NCBI GenBank assembly: GCA_010093995.1
Contig: ML992516.1
Coordinates: 433,413 to 476,811, forward strand
Direction of reading: 5' to 3'
Length of the DNA stretch: 43,399 nt
From: Elsinoe ampelina
Taxonomy: Eukaryota
Made by a program: the position numbers and the translations under genes. The notes beneath the pieces were generated by a model, which searched no databases, was not told the origin of the DNA, and was given only the letters and a program-made list of their open reading frames with translations. Numbering within the stretch: position 1 is the stretch's first letter; the number at the start of each line of letters is the position of its first letter. This document shows, one piece after another, positions 33,009 through 43,399 of the stretch.

Positions 33009-33809
33009 GTCTATGTCAGGTCTTGTTGGCCCGACTACTTTCGTGAGGAGGAGGTTGGTGAAAGGTGGAAAGTAGAAGTGTGAGTGCCTGATGACACAAG
33101 ATCGAGACGCGAAGAGACGTGTTGAACTGACGTAAGTAAACAGCATGTGATACTTCAAGTGAAGAAGATCGCCGTGAGCATGTGATCTCGGGTTTGCTGC
33201 TTCTCCTTCACATGTCAGAATCGCTCACGAGCCAGAAACATCAGGTATGCATCTTGATGGCTTCCTTCGGATTGTCGTACCCTCATTGAAGAGACCATGG
33301 CGGGCCATCAGCAGTCAAGGATACCAACCAATCAAAAAGCTCGGCGTTAAATACGTAGAACTATAATTCCTCTGATTAATGTAGTCGACTGAAGATCCAA
33401 GAAGACTTCCATACAGCCCGTTGCGGTGATCTTTCGCCACGGTGGAAGAAAATAGCACAAATCTCACCTGGCCTTGTACGAAGTCGGATCTTCACATTCT
33501 GGCGATTTACATGTGCTTGAATATTTCCCACGTGCTTCGTCATGCTTTCACAATAATGCCATGACAATAATAAGCCTGTTGAGTCGACAATGGCTGGACT
33601 TCTATTGTAGACAATCTCAATTGAGCCTCACAAGCTCTACAGTCGTTTTGAGTTCAACCGAGCCACCCCGGGCTTGGCGTGTTGTACTCCGCGTCGACCT
33701 CTCGTTATCAAATTTGGCTAGCTAGAAGTCCATAGAGAATACTGATAAATTAAAGCTGAAAAAAGGTGTAATAGTCGCTATACTGCTCTAATTAGGTTGT
33801 TACTATTAT

Positions 33810-34810
33810 AGTTAATCATCAGATAGCTAAATTAAAACTAGTAGACATATAGTTCTTACTTGCTAAAGAGTATACTAATTATACTATTTATGCTACTACT
33901 AAGGTAGCTAGAGCTATAATCCGCTAAATTCGACTATCCCTTAAGTTCTTTAGTACTTCTTATTCTTCTATTAAAGCTTATATACTACACCCTTATACTT
34001 TTACCTCTTTCTTAGAAGATATAAGTCCTTTATAGCTAAGCTCTTTCTATACTAACCTATCTAAGGAGGTAATAGCCTACCTAAATAACATCTCTACTAC
34101 TTATCTTAATAAAGTTTAAGCCTTCTTAAGGGAGATATATAATTACTAAGTGTACTTAAGTATAATCTAGTATATAATCTAGCGCTAGTAGTAGTCTTAA
34201 AAGGTAGCTAAGAAGGTAGTAGCTAAAAGAGATATAATACTTAGAGCAAATTAGACTCGAAGGTATATACTTTAGCTAGTTAATAGAATTATTTACATTA
34301 ATAAGTTAGCTTATAATAAGTATATAGTATAGAGGAGATATAGGTAGGCGCCTATTAGTAAGAAGTATATAGATATCTAGCTAAAGTAGTGTAGTAAGAG
34401 GTAAAGCGTGTTACTAGCTATTACTATTAATAGCTATCTCCCTAGTACCTTAATCTACTATAGATTAATCACTAGTAAGATCTTTATTAGCTAGCTAATA
34501 GATGTAATAATACTAGAGCTTCTAGCTAGTATAATCTTTGTTATAGATAATGCTTTAATCTACTAAAGTAATAAGGTAAAGGAGCTAGTATAAGAGTATA
34601 GAAGTTACCTTAAATACCTACTACTCTATTCGCTAGATTTTAATTCTATCGAGTAATTCTTCTTAGTGCTAAAGGCGTAGGTAAAGTAATACTATAATCT
34701 AGTCGCTAGGTACAAGAAATACGCTAATTTCTTAAAGCTAGCTATCTACTTATATAGTAGACTACACGCTAAGATGTACTTTAAGAGCTATAGATATAGT
34801 ATAAGGTTAT
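33810..34810 (+). mobile_element. RIP-degraded Tc1/mariner-IS630-like DDE transposase relic
   Basis: De-RIP reading: YIDESACNE (~34294), VMDNASIH (~34540), YLPPYSPDFNPIEQFFSVLKAW (~34615-34680), HTH-region PTAYLDEVQ..STIWR..WSRKV (~34090-34210). TIRs not identified. Confidence 0.8.
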
Positions 34811-35076
34811 AGGGGATCTATTTAGTACGTAAGAAATTACTTATATTAAATAAGTTTAATACTAAGACCTAGTAAAAACTCTTTACTACTACTATAACTA
34901 CTCTATACTATATATATACTACTCCGAGTTAGATAAACTAAGTCTAGTTTAGTAGCCGAACTAGATTAATATCTATCTTAGCCGCTGAGCTAGTTAAATT
35001 GTCTATTATACTACGTAAATTAGTATCTATATCGGCTACTATAAACTAGGTAAAAGTGCCTATTTTAACTGCTAAG

Positions 35077-35539
35077 TATTACGAACTGTCTAAACATAGC
35101 TTACGCTAGTAGTCTAAGCTAAGCTAAGAACGAGATAGTTCTACTTCTATAGTAGTATAGTACTAAGGTAAGAGTTAGAGAAGGTATATCTTATAGATAA
35201 TAAAGTACAATTAGATAGTATTATAAAGGCTAGCCTTAGTAATACTAGTGTTCGCTATCTAGACAAGGTTAACTATAGTACTTATATAAGATAAGGACTA
35301 CTCCTATATATATATATTCTTTACTATATACTTTATATACTCTATATACTCCGTAGCAAGAGTTAGAGGTAATATAGAGTATATGCCCGCTAGTAACCTA
35401 CGTGCTCTATAGTCTCTAGAGTAGAGCTACTAGAGAAGATAGAGAACTAAGTAAACATCGGGCTAGGTTATATAATAACCTTAGTAGTTTAATTAGTCCT
35501 AATATCTTTATACTTTAGCTATCCTACTAGTTTATAATA
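35077..35539 (-). repeat. 3' LTR (copy A), 463 bp
   Basis: tattacgaact...agtttataata, a RIPped form of TGTTACGAACT...AGTTCGTAACA; colinear with copies B and C. Confidence 0.93.
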
Positions 35540-35613
35540 TTACTCTTCTCCCTTAATCGAGTTATTCTAACGAGTAAGTATTCTTTCTTATCCTTATACG
35601 CTATATACTAAAT

Positions 35614-35953
35614 ATACCTCCTAGTTGTCGAAGGTATAGTAAATCTAGTATATCTATATAAAAGAATCTCTCGGAGTTTATTAAACTATTTAGAACTAAT
35701 ATGCTATAAGCTTACTCTTATTATAAGTCGAAAGAGCTAAACTATAAAGTCTATATTCGGTTAGGTATTTATAGCTAGTATGTTATAAGTAACTACTCGA
35801 GTTATAATATTTAGGTAATAAAATTAGAATAGTAGTATCTCTAGTCTAAGTATATTTATTTATAAAAGGAATTAGTTATAGCTAAGGCTACTAGAAGGGA
35901 AGCTAAAGAAGCTTATAAAAAGGTAAAAGAGGCTTATTAAAGAGCTATAGGTA
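35614..35953 (+). pseudogene. RIPped antisense accessory ORF of the Gypsy element (putative Zn2Cys6-like motif + coiled coil), copy 1, truncated by gap
   Basis: Same frame and offset (75 nt from the LTR) as 43060-43399; only TAA/TAG stops; see findings. Confidence 0.6.
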
Positions 35954-36923
35954 NNNNNNNNNNNNNNNNNNNNNNNNNNNNNNNNNNNNNNNNNNNNNNN
36001 NNNNNNNNNNNNNNNNNNNNNNNNNNNNNNNNNNNNNNNNNNNNNNNNNNNNNNNNNNNNNNNNNNNNNNNNNNNNNNNNNNNNNNNNNNNNNNNNNNNN
36101 NNNNNNNNNNNNNNNNNNNNNNNNNNNNNNNNNNNNNNNNNNNNNNNNNNNNNNNNNNNNNNNNNNNNNNNNNNNNNNNNNNNNNNNNNNNNNNNNNNNN
36201 NNNNNNNNNNNNNNNNNNNNNNNNNNNNNNNNNNNNNNNNNNNNNNNNNNNNNNNNNNNNNNNNNNNNNNNNNNNNNNNNNNNNNNNNNNNNNNNNNNNN
36301 NNNNNNNNNNNNNNNNNNNNNNNNNNNNNNNNNNNNNNNNNNNNNNNNNNNNNNNNNNNNNNNNNNNNNNNNNNNNNNNNNNNNNNNNNNNNNNNNNNNN
36401 NNNNNNNNNNNNNNNNNNNNNNNNNNNNNNNNNNNNNNNNNNNNNNNNNNNNNNNNNNNNNNNNNNNNNNNNNNNNNNNNNNNNNNNNNNNNNNNNNNNN
36501 NNNNNNNNNNNNNNNNNNNNNNNNNNNNNNNNNNNNNNNNNNNNNNNNNNNNNNNNNNNNNNNNNNNNNNNNNNNNNNNNNNNNNNNNNNNNNNNNNNNN
36601 NNNNNNNNNNNNNNNNNNNNNNNNNNNNNNNNNNNNNNNNNNNNNNNNNNNNNNNNNNNNNNNNNNNNNNNNNNNNNNNNNNNNNNNNNNNNNNNNNNNN
36701 NNNNNNNNNNNNNNNNNNNNNNNNNNNNNNNNNNNNNNNNNNNNNNNNNNNNNNNNNNNNNNNNNNNNNNNNNNNNNNNNNNNNNNNNNNNNNNNNNNNN
36801 NNNNNNNNNNNNNNNNNNNNNNNNNNNNNNNNNNNNNNNNNNNNNNNNNNNNNNNNNNNNNNNNNNNNNNNNNNNNNNNNNNNNNNNNNNNNNNNNNNNN
36901 NNNNNNNNNNNNNNNNNNNNNNN
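35954..36923. other. Assembly gap (970 N)
   Basis: Run of N. Confidence 1.
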
Positions 36924-39455
36924 AACTCCTAGTAGATCTATAAATAATTACTAGAATTGTAACGTAAATAGCTTATCTCTATCGGTTATTAGGTCTCGTA
37001 GTACTCTATATTATAAAATAATTATTCGGAGGAAGATAAAGGCTATATCCTTAGTAGTTACTATTGTCTTATATAGTACAAAGTAGTAATACTTCGTAAA
37101 TCTATCTACTAGAACTAGAATGCTATTATACTTTACACCTATAAGAGGTTCTTCTAATAGTAGTAAAGGTTCTATAAAGTCTATTGTAACTAATTACTAT
37201 AGTTTATCTAGTAGTAGCAAGAGTTATAATAGACTATATAGCTTATGTCGTAAGTGCTTAGACTTATAGTATATATTACATATAGTAATATATGTCTTAA
37301 TATCGTTTTAGAGTTCTTTCTATAGGTAGTTTTATATAATAAGTTTAATAGTCTTATTAATCCTACTATGCTCTACTATTAGGTTATTATAGTATATTTA
37401 AATAACTTCTTTCTTCTATTCTTACGTAAGCTTCTAGGTAAGGCTATATAACTACTCTACCTTTAGGTACTTATAGACTAGAGTACTATCTTACTACTTT
37501 AGTATAGAGGCCTCTATTATTATTATATTCTTTAAGTAATTTAGTCGTTAGCTAAGAGCGTCTACTCTACTATTCTCTAATCCCTTAATATAGTAGATCT
37601 AAAAGTTGTAGCTTATAAGTGTTTCTAACTATCGAACCTATTATCTATTAAGAACCTTAGTTATTGTCTAATATAATAGGTTCTTATAGTCGGTGTAGAC
37701 TTATATAGGTAAGATTATTCCTTCTAGGTATACTCTCTATTTGCGGAATGCCTCTATAATTATAAGTAACTCCTTATTATATATATTATAGTTAAGTTTA
37801 AGTCTAGTTATTTTTTGTAAGTAGTATATAATTAAGTAGCGTTATTCTTTTACGTCCTTCTATACTAGATACACTTCTATTATAAAGTCTAAGGCATTCG
37901 TTTCTAGTAGTACTTATTAGTCTAGGTCGAAGAGTACTAGGATAGGTGCTATTATAAGTCTAAGCTTTAGCTCCTTAAAGGCCTATCTATATTTCTTATT
38001 AAAGACAAATCTAGTTTCTTTCTTTATAAGGTTAGATATTAGCGCTACTACCTTAGAGAATTCTTTAACAAACTTGTAGTAGTAGTTAAAGAACTCTAGT
38101 AGCGCTTAAACCTTCTTAACTATAGTAGGTTCTAGCTAGTCGTTTACTAACTTAATCTTTTTTAGGTCGGGTTTAATACTATTAGTAGATATAACATAGT
38201 CTAGAAATTGTATCTTATGTTTATAAAACTTATACTTAAAGAGCTTTACTAGTAGGTCTTTTTCTTTTAGTTTCTATAGCACTTTATAAATATATCCTAC
38301 ATGTTTATTATATATCTTTAAGAAGATAATAATATTGTCTAAATATACTAAGATAAAGTCGTCGAGGTATTCTTATAGAGTATTATTAATTAACTCTTAG
38401 AAGGTTATAGAAGCGTTAGTTAACCTAAAGAGTATAACGAGGTACTTATATAGACTCTATTACGTTCTAAAAGCCGTCTTCTACTCCTTACTCTCCTTTA
38501 TTTATACTTAATAATAGGCGTCTCTAATGTCGATTATAGTAAACTATTTAGCTCTAAGTAGTCGGTCTTAAAGTTTGTTAATCCTTAGTAGAGAATAGTA
38601 ATTCTTTCTAGTAAGTACATTAAGTTTCTAGTAATTAATATATATTTATAATATTCTATCCTTTTTAGGTATAAAAAGCACTCCGTATGTAATAGGTAAT
38701 TTTAATAGTTATATAAATCCTTTAAGTAAGTACTTATCGATATAGTTCTTAAGAACGTCCTTCTCTTATTTTAATAGTAGTATAAGACCTTAATAGTGTA
38801 TTAGGGATTTACTCTCTTTAAAGAGTATTTCGTAATTCTATAGTTTATATTAGAGTAAGGCTATAATGCCTTTTCTTTCTTTAAATAAGTCCTTAAAGTC
38901 TTTATATTTCAGCGGAAGTACTTAATCGCTTATACTAGTAATAGCTCTAACTATTAGTCGTACCTATACTATCCTTATAGTTAGTATCTATAGAGCTAAT
39001 TATACTCTCTATGTCTTATAATTATACTTAGAGAATTTAAGTGTTTCTTTAATCTAGTTTATGTCTAGATTATGTTATTAAAGCTAGTCTATACTAAGTA
39101 CTATATTGTACTATATGTCTACTATATCGATTAATTATTTTTCTATATATGTTTTAATTTTAATTATAACGTTCTATAGTTCCTAAGTAACTTTCCTATT
39201 CTTCTCTATAGAGGTTCTATTCGCTATAGTAAGTAAGTAAGGTAACTCCTTCTAATATTAATAAGGTTTAAGCTAATTAGCAATTGTTATAGAGATATAG
39301 CTACGGTTAGCTCCTAAATCTATTATTGCTCTTACCTTACTCCCTTATATTTCGACTTCTAGTATAAAGTAGTTTAATATATAGATCTTTATTATATTAA
39401 GGCTTTAGCTAGTGTTATTATCTTACCTTATCGAGCAATAACTAGCTAGTTTTTT
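36924..39455 (-). pseudogene. Gypsy pol relic (protease, RT, RNase H, integrase; 3' end in gap)
   Basis: De-RIP motifs: IDSGANRSYIS (~39295-39330), KTAFRT (~38470), YLVMPFGLTNAP (~38410-38445), EYLDDF..YLDDIIIF (~38325-38372), ETDASDF (~37890), DKELLAI (~37765), YTDHKNL (~37690), integrase HHCC region (~37260-37380), MDFIEPLP (~37165-37185). Confidence 0.9.
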
Positions 39456-41434
39456 GTTATTATAGCTCCTTAGATAAGTAGCTAATTCCTTTCTATATAT
39501 ATCTACTATTAGTACTATATCTATTAGGCAAGTTATGTTTTGTTACTGTTTAATATAGTAAGGTAAACTTCTAGCGCCTAAGTCCCTTAGTAACTATAAA
39601 GTCTAATAATTCTCTACTAGTTATACTAAGTAGTGTTATATACCTATATTAGTATAACTATTCTTTCCGGGTGTAGCTAGGTATTAGCATTAAAGATAAA
39701 AACAAGTTATGTAAATTTGTCTTATTATATCCTATTTTAGTAGTAGGTGTATATTATTATATAATTCCTCTATATCTCTATAAGGTATACTTTAAGTCGT
39801 CTACCTAGTAGTAGTACGTTATTATTATTATTGTTATTAGATAAGTCCTTATCTATGTTATTATATTATAGTTATTTAGTATATTCTTCGTTATATTTCT
39901 CTTTGTCGCTACTACCCCTAGTATAGTTATAGTTAGTAAGGCTATACTAAGTATATTCTCTTACTTAGCTATAGGGGATAGTACTATCTATTTCAATTAC
40001 CGAGAAGTCTATAGTGTATTTAAGACTAATAGCGTCTTCTCTAAGTACGTCGTATAAGTAGATAGTATAGTACTATTTACAATTTAGATTTGTATATTTC
40101 TAGAGTAATATATAATATACCTTTCCTTGTAGTTCGCTATAAAGGCTAAAGGTAAGGCTACTATATTATTATATAGCACTTACGTTCTAATACTTCGTCT
40201 CGATAATCGTATATTAGTAATTGTTACTAACTACCTTCTAAGGTTAGTTACTATTACTACTAATTATAGAAAGCTCTTCTAGGTTAAGTTTCTAGTCTAG
40301 CTATTTTATTAGTTACCTACGCTTAGATAGCTTATATAGGAACTAACTAGATTCTTACTTGTCTAATAAGTAAATATAATAAGAGTTATTATAATATACT
40401 ATCTATAATAGCGTCGCGTATTAGCTTTATTATTTACTATTAGTTATAGAGATATTAAGCGTAATATCCGGAGAGGATTCTACTATCTCTCGAGCTATCG
40501 TAGACTTCTTTTATATTTCCTTACCTACGCTAAAGGTCGTTAGGTCTTCTATAGTAGTATTAGCCTTTTTCTCTACTAGCCTAGTAACTATTATATGTAA
40601 TTTATTAGCTAGCGCCTCTTATCGGTAGTCTCTAGCTCGATATCTAGGTCTTTTACACTTAAAATATAAGTTATCTTATCTATACTTCTCTCTCTCTTTT
40701 CTACTAAGGAACTTTCCTCTATAGCTATAACTTTGTATCTATAAGGAGTAGCCTTTACGTATAGTATTAAGTTCTATAGGGTCTCTATAGTTTTAAGAGG
40801 AACACGTATATCTAGTATTTACCTTATATTCTCTATAACGTTCTATATATCGTTTATAAAGTTTATTATTAATAGCAATTATAGTGTCTACTAGTTCCTA
40901 AAGGCTATCGAGTAGCTCGGGTATTATTTAGTCTTTAACTAAGTCGCTTAGTCCTTAATAGAATACTAAGTATTTAGTACTATCGTCCTAGTCTAGATAT
41001 ATTACAAGTTATTAGAACTAGGAATAGTACTAAGCTATAGACCTACGTTGTTATAGTTGTCAAATCTTTATTATAGTAATGCGTTTCTTATTAGATACGT
41101 TAAAGACTTACTTAATCTTTGCCTAGAAGATACTAAAGCTCTTAAAGATAGCCTTTATATCTAGGCCTAGTTATCTATCTAGGTAGCTACTTATATAAGG
41201 CTTAAACTACTCGAAGGTAGCGCCTTTAAGGTATATTCTAGTATAGAGGACCTTTACTACGTCGTTAGTATACTTGTCTCTCTCTAGAGCAAAGAAGGCT
41301 TTAAGTTAAACAAGAAAGCGCCTTAAGTAGGCGTAGTCCCTATAGAAGAGTTCTACTTCTAACTTAGGCTTACTCTATCCTTCTATACTAAAAGACCTTC
41401 TATATTTGCTCGAGGTTAAACTAGTAGTAGATAT
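39446..41434 (-). pseudogene. Gypsy gag relic, ~660 codons
   Basis: One frame from a probable start (ATA from ATG, 41434) through ELFxGDxAxLRRFLVQLKAFF (~41290-41360) and CCHC knuckle CFKCxRPGHRARDC (~40625-40670) to AAC TAG at 39451-39446. Confidence 0.8.
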
Positions 41435-41550
41435 GTCGTTAATAGTAAGCTTTCCTAGCTTACTAGCGATTAAAGATACTAATAGTAACTTAGAGTAAGA
41501 GTTACTTATTAACCTTGTAGCGTGCTATACTATAGTAAGGGTAGTTAAAA

Positions 41551-42013
41551 TGTTACGAACTGTCTAAATATAGCCTACGCTAGTAGTCTAAGCTAAGCTA
41601 AGAACGAGGTAGTTCTACTTCTATAGTAGTATAGCACTAAGGTAAGAGTTAGAGAAGGTATATCTTATAGATAATAAAGTATAATTAGATAGTATTATAA
41701 AGGCTAGCCTTAGTAATACTAGTGTTCGCTATCTAGACAAGGTTAACTATAGTACTTATATAAGGTAAGAACTACTCCTATATATATATATTCTTTACTA
41801 TATACTCTATATACTCTATATACTCTATAGCAAGAGTTAGGAGTAATATAAAGTATACACCTACTAGTAACCTATGTACTCTATAGTCCCTAGGGTAGAG
41901 CCGCTAGAGAAGATAGAGAACCGGGTAAATATTAGGCTAGGTTACGTAATAACCTTAGTAGTTTAATTAGTCCTAACGTCTCTACGCTTTAGCTGTCCTA
42001 CTAGTTCGTAACA
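41551..42013 (-). repeat. 5' LTR (copy B), 463 bp
   Basis: Intact TG...CA ends with 11-bp inverted termini TGTTACGAACT / AGTTCGTAACA. Confidence 0.95.
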
Positions 42014-42522
42014 CTAAGATAGTAAGGTATCTAACTTACTTAATTCGATCTAGCTCGTATAACTATCTTAGAGTAATACTAGCGCTTAAAAGAGCTAATT
42101 TAGCTTTAAATCTAGTATAGAAGGCCTTTATTAAAGGCCTAGGTATCTCTCTACCTATCTAAGTATATACCTCTTATACTATCGAGGTTGTAATTCTTCT
42201 TCTTTAGCTTAAATTTAACCTAATCTAGTACCTAAATATCCCTTTTAAAGCTTCTCTTTCTCTTTATCTACTTAAAGAATTTAGTTAAAACTTTATAAGA
42301 GTTAGCCTTAGAGGTAATAGGTAAGGATCTTAAGTTATTTATAGGCCCTAAGCACTACTATAGCTAGTAAGAAGCAATCGAGTTTATAATATTAATATAG
42401 TTAATAGGTGTTAAAGGGAGTATAAAAGGCACTAAAGATACTAAAGACATTAGTGTTAGTAGTGTTAGTAGAGCACTTTTAATACTCCTCGAGGCCTTTA
42501 AGTAATTAAGGCTTAATATAAG

Positions 42523-43399
42523 TGTTACGAACCGTCTAAACATAGCTTACGCTAGTAGTCTAAGCTAAGCTAGAAACGAGGTAGTTCTACTTCTATAGTA
42601 GTATAGTACTAAGGTAAGAGTTAAAGAAGGTATGTCTTATAGATAATAAAGTACAATTAGATAGTATTATAAAGGCTAGCCTTAGCAATACTAGTGTTCG
42701 CTATCTAGACAAGGTTAACTATAGTACTTATATAAGGTAAGGACTATTTCTATATATATATGTTCTCTATTACGTTCTCTATATACTCTATATACTCTAT
42801 AGCGAGAGTTAGAGGCAATATAGAGTACACGTCTACTAGTAACCTACGTACTCTATAGTTTTAGAGGTAGAGCTACTAGAGAAGATAGAGAACTAAGTAA
42901 ATGTTACGCTAAGTTACGTAATAATCTCGGTAGCTTAATTAGTCCTAACGTCTCTATATTCTAGCTATCCTACTAGTTTGTAACATTACTCTCCTCCTTT
43001 AATCGAGTTATTCTAACGAGTAAGTATTCTTCCTTATCCTTACGCGCTATATACTAAATATGTCTCCTAGTTATTAAAGGTATAGCAAATCTAGTATATC
43101 CGTACGAAAGAATCTCTCGGAGTTTATTAAACTATTTAGAACTAATATACTATAGGCTTATTCTCGTTGCAAATTAAAGGGGCTAGACTATAAGGTCTAT
43201 GTTCGGTCGGGTATCTATAGCTAGTATATCGTAAGTAACTACTTAGGTTATAATATTTAAGTAACAAAATTAGAATAGTAGCGTCTTTAGTCTAAGCATA
43301 TTTGTTTATAAAAGGAATTAGTTATAGCTAAGGCTACTAGAAGGGAAGCTAAAGAAGCTTATAAAAAGGTAAAAGAGGCTTATTAAAGAGCTATAGGTA
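42523..43399 (-). mobile_element. Second copy of the same Gypsy family: 3' LTR (copy C, 42523-42985), PPT and adjacent internal region; partial
   Basis: TGTTACGAACC...TTTGTAACA, 463 bp; PPT AAAGGAGGAGAG at 42989-43000; 42986-43399 colinear with 35540-35953. Confidence 0.93.
43060..43399 (+). pseudogene. RIPped antisense accessory ORF, copy 2 (ATG retained)
   Basis: ATG at 43060; ..AYSRCKLKGLDYKVYVRSGIYS*YIVSNYLGY.. then AKATRREAKEAYKKVKEAY*RAIG. Confidence 0.6.

Larger units (their letters stand above)
35077..42013 (-). mobile_element. Ty3/Gypsy LTR retrotransposon with both LTRs, RIP-inactivated, 5-bp TSD CTAAG (35072-35076 / 42014-42018)
   Basis: Minus-strand order gag - protease - RT - RNase H - integrase between two 463-bp LTRs; PPT AAGGGAGAAGAG (35543-35554) abuts the left (3') LTR; matching TSD on both flanks. 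Confidence 0.93.
33715..43399. other. AT-rich RIP-mutated repeat block
   Basis: Abrupt loss of CpA/TpG, excess TpA, no ORFs in the track; repeat copies differ by C/T and G/A transitions. Confidence 0.95.

Noticed and set aside
33638..33660. TA-CAGTCG.. as left TIR of the Tc1-like element
   Set aside because: No matching right-hand inverted copy found even allowing for RIP changes.
41520..41550. Primer-binding site next to the 5' LTR
   Set aside because: Neither a tRNA-complementary TGG start nor a convincing self-priming complement could be read through the RIP damage.

Overview
Filamentous ascomycete (Pezizomycotina; a Dothideomycete is plausible but is only my inference) genomic DNA with short 45-60 nt GT-AG introns. 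Positions 1-~33700 are gene-dense: 3' end of a Gyp5-like Rab-GAP, a 22-bp minisatellite, fused tryptophan synthase TRP5, a PhzS-like FAD monooxygenase, an island of seven co-oriented intronless genes (TF-like protein, F-box protein, five coiled-coil orphans), a copper amine oxidase, carnitine acetyltransferase CAT2 with both a cryptic mitochondrial presequence exon and a PTS1, a GPI-anchored GH79, a GH10 xylanase, mitochondrial MDH1, medusa (medA) carrying one in-frame TAA, and a Myb-like protein. From ~33700 to the end is an AT-rich, RIP-mutated transposon block: a Tc1/IS630-like transposase relic, an apparently complete Ty3/Gypsy element (463-bp LTRs, CTAAG target-site duplication, 970-N gap) and the start of a second copy. 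Most notable: (i) both Gypsy copies carry an antisense ORF that, when de-RIPped by eye, has Zn(II)2Cys6 cysteine spacing followed by a coiled coil; (ii) the premature stop in medA; (iii) an extended Gag ending at an A-AAA-AAC-TAG -1 frameshift site.
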